A stretch of 54,439 bases of DNA, the filler included, from Piptocephalis cylindrospora (Eukaryota): assembly GCA_003614145.1 (NCBI GenBank). It is 2 parts of 2 records of this genome, joined end to end, with 100 filler letters (N's around TTAATTAATTAA, not from the genome) between each part and the next. Parts side by side here need not be neighbours in the genome. Positions count along the whole stretch, not along the records: positions 27,398 to 54,439 come from KZ987771.1; 1 more part is not named here. The stretch is one strand, 5' to 3'. Below, in pieces: positions 36,091 through 48,471 of this stretch. Numbering within the stretch: the first letter of the stretch is position 1; each line of letters opens with the position of its first letter. The notes below the pieces were generated by a model. That model was given only the letters and a program-made list of their open reading frames with translations, had not been told where the DNA came from and did not search any database. A program made the position numbers and the translations under genes.

Positions 36091-38179
36091 CTTCTCCGCT
36101 TATTCTTTCTTCCCTCTCCCTCCAATTCCCTTTTACCGCTTATTCAACCATCTTCATCCCATCAGAGTGACTTTTCCTGAACCTTTTCGATAAAATTTAT
36201 GAGCTCCTCGTCAATATTAATGCTTTTAGAGATGCTGCAAACGACGTACAAGCGTCAATGTATAATTTTGACCAGTCATTATCTATTCTACGGCGCTACT
36301 TTCCTTGGTGGGCTACTAACAGTGAGCTCCTGAAGAACTAAACAGCTGGATGATTGTAACTTCAAGAAGAATGAAAAAAGGCAATTCACTAGTTTAGCCA
36401 ACCTACTTTCCTCCCTAGATCAATTCACTCTCCCGCATTAGTAAGTCGAGCTTTTCTTATGAGGGTGAATTCACTTACTAGGCTATGGGATTATTGGATT
36501 GGGACTATAGGGAAATATCTCGTCCATCTCATTCACTCCTTTCAGGCCTCAACCATTAGATACATGGACTAGCCATGAACTAGTTGCTTTTAAAGCCGAG
36601 AAGAGCGACGCCATACTCTAATATGCCAGAAAGATTTTTCATGACAGTCCCATCTTTCATTACTACAGAAGAAAATTATTTCCTTTCATGCCCAGGATCA
36701 TGACGAAAATCATATCATCTTCAGCGCCTGAATGGTGCTGCAACCTTATCCCTGTCGACTCTCTTCCCTCCTCCTAAATAGCGCTGTTCAGGGTGATATT
36801 AAGGCTCAGATCGAGATATCCTTCCTCATGGCTCTGTCCGGAAAGGATGGTCGGGTTGATCTTAACAGTGGTCTTAAACTTTCGGGGATGAGATTGAGAT
36901 GCAAGAGTTTTATCATGGTGCTCTGATTCAATATGAGTATTTTCTTCCCCCTAATACTGATCATGGAGCGCTTAAAAATGAGGATGATGGGAAGGGATCG
37001 AAAAAGCTCAGTCAGCGGGGAATTGCGGGAGGGGATGAGGAAGGGACTAGCCCTAAAACTGTATGAGCAACTTAAAATAATGGAACGCAAGCTATGTGGA
37101 TGGGTGAGGGGATGCGGTGATAATGGTGATGTATCGTCTTGCGGACCTTCTCATCTCTCCCTCCTCCATCTTCCCTATCTGATAGGGCGGTCAAATCATG
37201 GGAATCCGCGGGAAACTTCCCCATTCCCTTCCTGAGAGTAGTGGTGGGATAGTGGTAGATGAGAACAGCTCAACTGTGTCTTCTAGGATAAGATATCTAT
37301 AGAAGTCAACGACTGTCTACTCAGACCACCTCCCTCTTCCCTCATTCTTCCTGGGTACATTTGATGGTAGCGCTCTTCCGAACACCAGAGGAGATGGATC
37401 GTTGGGACGGGTTGATCTGGTTGCTGGTATGATTGGGCTAGGAAGATGATAAGCATTGAGCTACTATGCACCCTAGAATCATACAGATAGCTCTTTGGGA
37501 AAGGTAGCGATGTATATTGGGTGAATAATAATAGCGAGCAAAAGTACCTCTTACAAGGTTGCAATCTGATCGAGACAATGTTGCAGCAATGCAGCATGCC
37601 CCACCATGGCCGAGAAAGTAATGATAGTAGCATGAGGAACGCAGAAGGGAATTGACCATCTGTGGGAAAACTCTAAGACAGGAAAGGGCGAGGAGCAAGC
37701 AATTGGAATGCCATCGCTGGTCACCAGATTCAAGAATGGTGAAAGTCTTGGCGCGACACAGATATCTCCGCACATATAAAGACACGAATGCCTTTTCCAT
37801 CACACTAGCATTCCCTCCTCTTTCTTTCTTCCGTCCATCCTCTCCCGCTCTTTCGTGCATTGCTCAGTATCTCCCTTTTGTATTGAGGCGGCGCTAGGTC
37901 TCCTCCTGGGCTGATTAAGTCAATCCTCTCTTCCTTTCTTATTCTTCATCGTATCCGTCCCCCCCCCCTTGCCCACCTCATCCGTCCTCCCCTTGCACAT
38001 TCCATCCGTACCTTCTATTTTCTGTCCATACACATACCACTGTTATTTCCTGCTTCATTATCATCAGTCTCTTCATAGTCATCCTCATCGTCACCACCTT
38101 TCTCATCATCCCCCTCTTCATCCCCCCTCTTCATTCCCCCCCTCTTCATCATCACCTTCTTCGTCGCCTCCTTTCACTC

Positions 38180-40887
38180 ATGCCTCGAAACAATTTTACT
38201 GGAAGCGTTGATAGCCAGCCATCATTCAGGCCTGAACAACCACCATCCAGGCCTACTGTCTCTCTGAGACGAAGTCCTCGAAACTTGATGTCCTCAGGCC
38301 TCATACGTCCGAACAACCGATACAACATTGAGGTGGTTCCTCCTCCCCTTCTAGTGCCCCTCACGGATGATCATAACTGGCCACTCCACCGCCGCTTAAC
38401 TACAAGTTCTGACATACCCACCATTGAAATAGTCCAGTCCTCTATTTCTCCCGACACAAGAGCCCAGCCTGTGTCATTACCCTTTCTAACGTCTGAAGTG
38501 GGAAATGATGGCACAGAGGTTCATGCAGACTCATCCACACCAAGGTATACCGTTTGGGTAACGGGCTAATCTTGGTGGCTTTTTGATTAATCCTATCTTT
38601 ATCCTGACATAGTCTTGCTCCAGAAGTACGCCAAAGCAGCCCGAACTTGGAGGTCGCCGGCTCAGGGGATGAGGAGAGTGTCCAAGGATTTGACACTGTA
38701 GACGATTTCCTTGAAAACTTCATCTTCAATAATGATGAAGTACAGCCATCCGGTTGCCATGACCTCAACAAAGCAATCTACGGATTCTCCGAGGATGAAC
38801 ATTCTCCTCCACGGCCATTTCGTCTCCTCAGCCGTCGCATACCTCAGACACCAGAGGTCGACATACACATTGATGTTGATTCGGTGCTGTGGAACATGCG
38901 TGATCTCCCGCTGGAAGAGCCGATCACTGTTTATCCTGATCCACTCCAAGCTCGAAACATTTCAAGTAATCACCAGCACGTATGGAATCCGGCCCAAGGA
39001 CGTTCGGTACCAATGAATCGTACCCCGCATTGTTTATTTGGGAAAACAGAGAGGGATGTGGCAGTATATGTGATCTTCCCCTCCTTGGCCCCAAGCCACA
39101 TCCCAGCAGGGCAAGACTATCTCAACGGACATCTTCTCGACCGATGGTATGATCAAGTTGTCTTTCCGGCAATCAATCAATCCATCAGTCCACTCCGGGC
39201 ACAGCATATCAGGCCCACACGAAAGAACATGGTGGGGTTTGAAGGAAGGTCCATGGTGGGCCACCATTTCACCGCTGCGGAGGGAAGACGCATTACCCAG
39301 AGTATGCGAGCAATTGTCGAGAGTGACAGTGCCCTTGAGGAAAAGTTTTGTGGCTACTTTTTCCATGCAATGATCAAGGGAATTAAGGCCAAGACTTCCA
39401 TTCCTATGGTCATTTTGGAAGATAACGAGGAGCGCAAAAGGTGGCTCAAGGACGTAGTTGGGCCATATACGGATGTGTTTGGCGAGGAGGGGCATAAAAG
39501 GATGCAGGTTGACCTTGCTGCAGAGGTGATCCCCTCCTTATCATCCATGGAGGAGAGTGGCCCAGTTTCTCTCCTTTGGAGGAAGGAGGCGACAGGAGAG
39601 ATTAGGATGGGGATGAGCCCAATTCCAAAGATGTATGAGTGGTGGCTCTCCGGGGACATCGCAGGCACTACGGTAGACCTCGGGCCCGAGTCATTGGTAA
39701 ATGTGAATGCAGAGCCACCCTCTGTTACCTATTTCCAAACCTACCATGTCGATAAGGAGTTCATCTCTGGCAAGAAGGACCATTGGATGGGGAAGCTCAA
39801 AGGGGAGGATATGACCTGGATGAGGGGAAGAATGAGGGAATCATTCCAGATGATCATGGAAGGTATCCAACTGGGTGTCAAGATTCCCTGGGGGGCCCGT
39901 GCTGAGCTCCGTATGGCGTCAAGGGAGCTCTTTGGGTCCAGCGCCTTTGGTGGCCTTTTGGAACTGTGTAGTCGGATAAAAGAAAGCCCTGACGCCTACT
40001 TTCGAGCCCTTCCCACCCTACAAGCGGCTCGATTTAAGGCGGCGAACTTTTGGATTGTCCGAGATGGCGTGCTTCGAGCAGATGGTCAGCCTGCTCCCAG
40101 AGATGACTTAGAGGCTCGAGAGAGGAAAAACTTCTGTGAGCTTCTCGCTGGGCTCTATCGAGGGCTCTATCGCGGTATGCACTTTGTGATCAATCGCTCC
40201 CCTATCTTCGGGTCCCCAACCTGCAATGAGGACCGGTCATTCCATCTCTACCGGTCCCTATTGGAATCCGGTCGTCCATTTCATCAGAGACACAAAGTAA
40301 CCTGGACCGGCTCTAGAGCATCCGCTCAGGGTCTCCTCTCTTCCTTTGCCGACTTGGAAAGGCAACAGATGAATGGAGTATTGGGACAAGGGGGGGTTCG
40401 ACAGGAGGCGATGATTCCAGTGGCGGTAGCATCCTGCTCCGAGATTGCGGTCCGGATCATGGATCTCCTTCGGGAGGACATGATCACCGCCACGGCGCGG
40501 TTCCAGACCTCCGGAACCATCCTCTCCTGGTCCTTGGAAGAAATCCAAAGGACCATTCCTCGTCGGCGTGAGAGCAGTATTCGAGCCCGGAAAACCATCC
40601 GGACGTGGAGGGGCATTTTCGAATACCTTTTCCCGCGCATGGATGATGATTTAACTTTTTACCACAATCCTCCGCGCTGGAGAAGAGTCAAATATTTGAA
40701 GGAGTATCTAGCTGAGTGCAATCGATTGGATTGGAGAAACCCTTTGGCGCCCACGGCTGCCCACAAAGCCCTATACGAGGAGCTGTGGCGTCTTTTTCGT
40801 GAGCTGGACTGTGTAGTCCGTCCCATTCTCCGTGATAGGTTTGCTGAGGCCCGTGGTGGCTTTATCTTCATCGATCTACCTCACTGA
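38180..40887 (+). CDS. Orphan ~879-aa protein (exon 38180-38544, intron 38545-38612, exon 38613-40887); possibly element-encoded
   Basis: A 746-codon open frame of globular-looking sequence. A frame-preserving 68-nt GTATAC...CATAG intron joins it to the upstream ATG ORF. No housekeeping motif recognised. Confidence 0.75.
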
Positions 40888-43336
40888 TTTGATGGATGCT
40901 GGATGAAGGAGTGGGATCCAATGAGGAGTTTTTGAGCAATAAGTGATGGACTTGCAGTACTCTATATGTCTCTATGCTACACTTCTCGGTTTTTTCCTCA
41001 AACCTGCAGGAGCAAATACAATGCTGCAAGATTTGCATTCTCGTATGTATGGCTAACTGACGTGCCATTACTTTTCCAAGTTTCATCCTCTGAAGCATTT
41101 ATCGTTATTCAAACCAGTCCATGTTCATCCATAACGTACAGTAGTGTAACGTGGAAGTGCGCTGATGTTTATACCATCATGGACCCCTTTCTTCGTTATC
41201 ATTCTTCCAGGAAGTCATCCTCCATGAAATAAAAGGCATTGTGGGGGCATTTAGTGCCCGCACATCGGAAGATATGAAGGTGTGTAGGTGTGCTTGTAAG
41301 GAAGTACCAGGTAGCTTATAATGCGCATACAGGATATGATCTAAGCCAGGAGCGCTCTGATCACACGATAAATGTTTGAGAAAGCTTATTCTAGAGACGA
41401 AACGACCAGGGAAGAATCTGCGATAGTGTTTGCGAAGAAGCAAAGGAGAGCATTCTCACCCCGGGGCTCGTCCTTTCGCTTCCCTCTTCCTTTTTTCGCC
41501 TTGATCCTCCCTTGGTTCGCGTTTCTGTCTGATCCTTGATTCACTTGGCTGAATCATTTAGGTTACCACAACCACAATAGTAATAATAAATAACATCAGA
41601 TGGCACATGGGTACATTATACCTTTCCCTTTAATAGAAGCGCTATGCTGCTAAGCCGTAGTTAATTTAGGCCTTTTTTGTCGAAATTCCCACTTGTTAGT
41701 CGTGTGGCGTGTCTCATACCATCCAGACTGGTGCTTATTAGACTCGCGCGATGGTGTAAACCAATGAGACTGTATATCCCGTGCATAATCACATGAAACT
41801 CTCGTTTCCTTCTCAAGGTGTGCCCACCCGCACACCCCTTCATTTGGTCTCCTCTCCGCTCATATTGTGTTATTAGCGGTCTCTGGTTTGACGCATTTAC
41901 AGGGGGGAGGGTGTGGAGGATAGACACTCCGGAAGGCTCATCTTCCGGACAGCGGTAAAGAGGAGTGTTGTGCGCCGAAATCCTCTACCACGCTCTCCAG
42001 GAACCCTTTACAGTTTTACAGTGGTGAAGCATGCTGGTCACTTGACTCTAGGAAGGGAGAGTAAGGGTCGTCCTGACGGTCCTCAGCGTCATGACCCCGC
42101 ACGACCATGCATCATCCAACGCATCTCATCCTGTCTTGGTGTGAAATGGATATGAGCATCATTATCACATGCAAAGTAGTGGAAGGGAGGAAAAGATGAA
42201 CCATCCCTCTTGTGACGGCGAGCAGGGATCAGTGGAATCACCTGGTTGATCCCTATTTTTATGGGCATGCTGATATGGGGAGGGGGAGGAAGGGGCTAGT
42301 CGGGCCCTTGGCAGTTACTCAAGGCACTGTCTAGACCATGCCGCAGGTCATCCTCAGGCCCATCCCCTTCCCTACCCGGAGCGTTCATATCAAGAAACAC
42401 TCTATTAGTGCCTTCCCTCTTGATTCTATAGCGCCTAGGGATTATGACCGATCTATCGGTGACAACAACCCCGTACCAAGTCGGTGTGGAGATGCGACGC
42501 AGTCAATGCCTGTGACTCTCCCTTGTTTTCCCTCATACCAAAGGCCGCACATACAATACACAGATGGACACACACATACGAATCCAGGCGCACACAGGCA
42601 CACTTACACAGACACACAGACACACGATCAAGGATCCCACAGTCCAGCGGCCTGACGAATCCCATCTTGTCTCTCCACACATTCCGTCTCCAGCGTGGGA
42701 GAGAACATGTGAGCAGTAAAGTGGAGACTGGGGCACCGCCTCGCATGAGCTCCCTCAAGCCCATCTTCCCCAGTAGGAGGAGTGGGGTAACCGTGGCCCC
42801 TCCGGAAGGACCGGCAATGAGATGGCCGGCAATAGGGTGACCGGTCCCTGATGATGATGGCGGGACGGAGAGATGTTATTGTTGACCGTGTGCTCCTCTT
42901 CCTCCTCCTCCTCCTCCCTCTCCTCCCCCACCACCACCTCCTCGACTCGCTTACCCACACACACCCACACATCTACACTTCTCCCGTCTCCGCACCCTAC
43001 CTCTTCCGACGGGGGAGAAGAGAAGACGGTCCTGTTGAGGCCCAGAGTCCAGGGGAGGGAGCAAGGCCCTCTTGGTAGTAGTAGTAGCATGGTGAGATGA
43101 ATTGGGATGGTGGGAGTATAAATTCCATGAGGAAACCGAGAGTTTCACATGCTCCCCCTCATTCTTCCTCACTCTTCCTTTCTCCTCTTCTTCCCCACTC
43201 CCTCCACACTCTTTATTACCTTTTCATTTGAAAGGACTGCATAGTATCCTCCTTTCCTTTACCCTCCCTCCCCCTCACCTCTCTCTCCCTTTTCTCCATA
43301 CCCTATACCCGATCGCAAGGTACTATTACTACCATC

Positions 43337-44571
43337 ATGAGCGCTGATAAGAACAATGGCAGGAAATCGCTCTCCACCCACTTGTTGGCCGGAGGCGCCG
43401 CCGGACTTACAGAGGCACTATGTTGTCATCCTTTGGATACCATCAAGGTTCGAATGCAGCTTCGTGTCAACAGGGCCGCTGCCATTGCTGCCCACTCGGG
43501 CCATGCATCCGCTGGGATTCCCAAGGTAAGTAAATAATGGGACTTTGTATAATGCTCTATCCTTCCATCTTTACTTACTTTGACCCACTCTCCCCCCTTC
43601 TCTCCCCTCTTTCTATCTATGCACAGAGACCCGCCAACTTCAACATTGGATTCATCGGCACGGCCAAGGGAATCGTCACCAAGGAGGGCCCATTAGCCCT
43701 TTACAAGGGGCTTGGGGCCGTAGTGGCTGGTATCGTACCCAAGATGGCCATTCGATTCTCTAGTTTTGAGTTATACAAGTCCTGGTTGGCCAACAAGGAG
43801 ACCGGCAAGGTGCCCACATCTGGTGTCTTTGTTGGTAGGTCCTGTCCATCCTCCCCTTCTTTCCTTCCCTTTCTCCTGTACCCATCCTCTTTTCCCCTGG
43901 AATCCCGTGGGATAAGCCACCTCAGGCATGACTAATCCTCCTCCTCACCATCTACAGCTGGTCTAGGGGCAGGTGTCACCGAGGCTGTGTTGGTCGTAAC
44001 GCCCATGGATGTTCTCAAGATCCGTCTCCAGGCCCAGAGGCACTCCATGATGGATCCTTTGGATGTCCCCAAGTACAGGAATGCCGCACATGCCGGATAC
44101 ACCATCATCCGGGAAGAGGGTGTGGCCGCCATGTACAAGGGTGTGACTCTGACGGCCCTGAGACAGGCCACAAACCAGGCCGTTAACTTTACTGTCTACC
44201 AGGAGATGAAGAAGCAGCTACAGATCTGGCAACCGGAGAAGGAGATTCTTCCTAGTTGGCAGCATTTGCTAATCGGTGGTCTGAGTGGTGCCATGGGCCC
44301 CATGTCCAATGCCCCCATTGACACCATCAAGACCCGAATTCAAAGGGCCTCTGGTCTGAGTGGCGAGTCTGGGTGGACGCGCTTCACCACCGTCACCCGA
44401 GACATCATCAAGAACGAAGGATACGCCGCCTTCTACAAGGGCCTTACCCCCCGTCTTCTCCGTGTTGCCCCTGGTCAGGCTATCACCTTTATGGTGTATG
44501 AGCGTGTTCGATTGTGGATCGAATCATCGAAAATCAATGAGGGCACCGAGGAGCGATCCAGGATCGAGTAA
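43337..44571 (+). CDS. SFC1: Mitochondrial succinate-fumarate carrier. Exons 43337-43525, 43627-43834, 43958-44571
   Basis: Three carrier signatures (PLDTIK, PMDVLK, PIDTIK), plus GIVPKMAIRF, RQATNQAVNFT and RVAPGQA, characteristic of Sfc1. Confidence 0.9.
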
Positions 44572-44889
44572 GATCATCAGATTGACGAGTGTGTGTGTGT
44601 GTGTGAGGGGGAAATGCATGTGTAGACCGCGAGCGGGGAAGCGTAAAAGACCTTTGAGAGAAATGAACACATATAGCTCCAGTAGAGTCTTGTTTGGAGA
44701 ATATCGAGAGGACTGCGAGCTGTGTTGTACATGTCAAGCATGTCTGGATCCAGGTCATTTTGCCCTGGTCGCGCTCAATTAGTCCTTGTACATAGGAAAA
44801 GGAACATGATTGTTCTTTGACCCCCTATCCCGCACCCAAGCCAAAGACCTGTGCAAGCACAAAAAAACTCGAGTAGAAATACGTATACT

Positions 44890-45231
44890 TTATGCCGTTG
44901 GCGCCTCCTTGTGAGCCTGGATAGCGGCTTTAGCCGCCTCAGTCACTGAAGGCAAGGTCGTGTACCGAGGGGGGGGAGTGGGGAGGATCCCGGCCTTGAC
45001 CAAGAGCCTTGCCACCGTGTCTGAGGGTTGGGCCCCCACGGAAAGCCAGTATTGGACGCGTTCGGCATTCCAGTGGACGTGCTTCGTACCCGACTGGTCA
45101 GGCACCGGATTGTACGAGCCCAGTCGTTCCAGGCACTTTCCATCCCGTTTCGTCCGAGCATTGGCCGCGACAATGCGGTATGATGGGTTGTTCCGGAGCC
45201 CAGTACGTTGAAGGCGGATGCGAACAGTCAT
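44890..45231 (-). CDS. MRPS16: Mitochondrial ribosomal protein S16 (bS16m)
   Basis: VRIRLQRTG..PSYRIVAANARTKRDGK..ERLGSYNP..YWLSVGAQPSDTV. Confidence 0.93.
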   Translation of the reverse strand: MTVRIRLQRTGLRNNPSYRIVAANARTKRDGKCLERLGSYNPVPDQSGTKHVHWNAERVQYWLSVGAQPSDTVARLLVKAGILPTPPPRYTTLPSVTEAAKAAIQAHKEAPTA

Positions 45232-46373
45232 TGGGACAACGGGAGATGGGAGGGGGAAGAAGGGTAGGGGTAGGGGAGGAGGACAACAGGGAGGAGGTGT
45301 AGGGTAAAGAGCTTGACTGGGCTAGTTTTCTTCTGGCTTTCTGGTGGGGTGACCAGATAGAGGATTATTTGGGTGAATTTAATCAATTAAAACCATTTTT
45401 GGGCACTTGTCGGCAGGGGTGTGGAGGTGATAAGTGACTGTATAGACTCTGTCGACGATGAAGCGAGCAGGCGGGGTTCAATCCCCCGTTTATGCGGTTT
45501 CCTCTAGCTTCCCTTGCTCCATTTCCTCAAATCTGGTTTGACTGAGAGCTATGACCCCAGTGCCCTTCCTTCTCTTTGGCATCTGCGTTTCCTATCGTTT
45601 TCTGCACTGGGATTACGGCACTATGTGACATAGACACGTCTGTTGCAAATATATCCAATGCAGTAAAATCACCTCTTTCTTCGAAAGGAGAATATAATCC
45701 GGGCATGCTGAGAGAGTCTTTCGATGGCCTTCTGGTCTAACTCTACGACACTAGATTTTGCAACTGCATCATGATCCCGGGTTCAATTCCCATCCCGGTC
45801 TGATTTTTTGCTCCTCTTCCCTTGCGCTAGGTTAGGTTCAAGGATCCCAATAGCGCTACCCCCAGTATATCCTCACTTCCCGGCGAGTGGCTGAAGGGCA
45901 GCACACGACGGACCGTTTTCATCGGCTAGTAGCTGGATGAGCCAGTTGCACTCCCTTGGGGGGAGGGGCAGAGGTTTCTCTACTACCCGTCCAAATTTAC
46001 AGATAGGATACACGCTGGGTAATTTGGTTCCTAGTCCCACGCATACTCGCTTCAGGGCACACAAAGATGTTCATATCCTCTTGCCTATCCCACCAAGGGA
46101 AAATAGAACGGCTTCACCATCATCATCCTCTTCAGATATACATTATCGACAATGGCTGATTAATTGATTGAAGGCAGGAGAAGTATTAGATGGTGCCATG
46201 GCATTGTTAATCTCCCTTCCACAACAATGGTCAACATCCATCCAAGATATGGGAGAGTGTAAAAGAAGCAAAATCAGGTTTAAAGTTCTACATGATCAGA
46301 CTAGACAGGGGAGAGGGGCTCGTAGACTCCGATTCATCCACCAAAAAAAGAGGGTCTTCTTTAGGGTCTCGAA

Positions 46374-47550
46374 TTACGCCTTTTTCTTTCCCTGCCCCAC
46401 GGGGCACTGTTCTCGCACTGGACAGCCCTCAGAGCATCGGGGTCGGGTGGGGAGACAGAGCACCTGACCAAAACCTACGAGAGTCGCGTTGATCGTGGCC
46501 CACTTCTCCCGTGGAAGCCAGGATTCCAGGGCCAGTCGCGTCCCTTCTGGTTGCTTTGCATTGACCCATCCAAGACGATTGGCAATGCGATGCACATGTG
46601 TATCCACCCCAATTCCCTCATTACGAAACCATGCACATTGCAGGGTTAAGTATGCCTAAGGGAGATGGAGGGTGAGCTCGGCCTCCCCCTCAGTCCCCAC
46701 CTCCTCCTCTTCACACCCTCCGTCAACCCTTACCATCTTAGGTCCAACTCCCTGAAGAGCCATCAATCCCTCCAGACTATCAGGGATATCACCATCGTAC
46801 TTTTGCATACAGGTTGCGGCGGCCAAGATGATATCCTTGTACTTTCGATTGTGGAAACCCACCTTATTGATACACTCATGAACTAGGTCAGGGTCCGCTT
46901 TGGTCATGCTGAGTGCGGTCAAACCACCAGGAATACGATCCTTAAGACGTCCAATGGCTTCTGCAGTGATATGGTCCTTGGTCTGGGCCGATAGCATTAA
47001 CGACACTAGCGTCTGAAAGCGAAAGACCTACCGAGGAATCAAAGAATGAGCAAGGATGAGCCTGGCCATGTTCATCCACCTCACTTACCTCGGGTGTTCC
47101 AGCCTTATCCCCAAGCCTCTCACATCCCATGGTATCCACGGGGGCTAGGTGACCCTTTCGGTAGGCTTCAATCTTCTCCAAGACCTCCTCCCAATCATCG
47201 GGTGGACCAGGTACCTTGACGACTATGTGTCGTTTCCGGATCTTCCTCTTCACCTGTCCATCCGGCCCCTCCTCCTCCTTTACGGTTGGTTCCTTGGTAA
47301 GGATCCGCTCATGCTTGACCTGGGAGGTCGTTCTTATCTTCCCCAGGTCCCGTATGCCCACTTGGTCCTTGGTGGTCTTCCGGGCCCTTTTAGCCGGAAC
47401 TGCCTCGGTTTGTGGTGAGGCCCGATCGGTCAGCGATGAGATCCCCTCGGCTAAGGGCGAGGCCAAAGGCAGATTTGGTTGAGTAGGGGGCCTCTGGACA
47501 GGAGAGGCGGCGGTCGCGACCACCCGACGAGCACTTGACCTTAAACGCAT
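46374..47550 (-). CDS. NTH1: Endonuclease III-like DNA glycosylase/AP lyase (NTH1/NTG). Exons approx. 47550-47089, 47027-46734, 46655-46374
   Basis: [32 protein letters not shown], HhH motif [20 protein letters not shown] and a C-terminal four-Cys Fe-S motif. Confidence 0.92.
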
Positions 47551-48471
47551 ATCAGAACCTAGAGGTGGGGTAGTTGTAGATGGACAGGAAGAATGGTGTG
47601 GGAGGTAAGATGATGGATAATCAAACTGTCTCCATCCTGGCCTGATATCCGACGAGGGCATCCGCGTGTGGTCACATCTACTTTTGCTACTATCATCCCT
47701 GCATGAATTTGTAATTTGACTATATTCTTTGTGACAATGAGAATACATTGATCATTCCCCCTTTGTCCTCGACTGATATGAATAGGCTGTGGATATTAAC
47801 GCCCAAAACAAGGGATGTACTGTAGCTATTATCGAGAATGCTTGGCCCTGCCTTAGCCAAGCCGCCTTTTACGACATTATCCTCCTATCCATGGAATCAC
47901 CTTCCTCTCCCTCCCCTCCTAGTTGTCATCAGAAAGGAATAATGCATTGATCCGGCTCTGACCACTCCTCATCTAGTGCATCCAATCCAGTGCTCCAAGA
48001 GCACATGGTCAAGATCTCTTCGTTACCTCAAGACACCAATCGTCACCTTTATCCTCTGCCCTTTCTTTGGATCAAAAGGAGGGATGGTCCACTGCCCGTG
48101 GCCAAATTTAACGCCGTCTGTCCAAAGACTCCGATTGGAGCGGCGTTTACCGTGCAGCCCAGCCTTGGAAGCTTCATGCGGATCCATGTGCCAAGCTTGA
48201 CCTGATCTTGAGAGCTCAAACCCATTGACTGTACCAGGTAGGAACACTGTCAAGCCATCTCCTCAGCTAATAAAGGGCATTTCTACGAATGCATCGAGAT
48301 ACTCCCCAGACCTTCTTACCCCTCAACCGCCCCACCCTCCATCCCTTTGCATCACATCTTCAGCTGCATCCACATCCTCAGGATATGCCATATATCCCCA
48401 TTACGAATTTTCCGTCCATCTCCACGCATACTGCGCCCGCCTTTTCCCGTGAATGATCCCAAATTGTCAAC

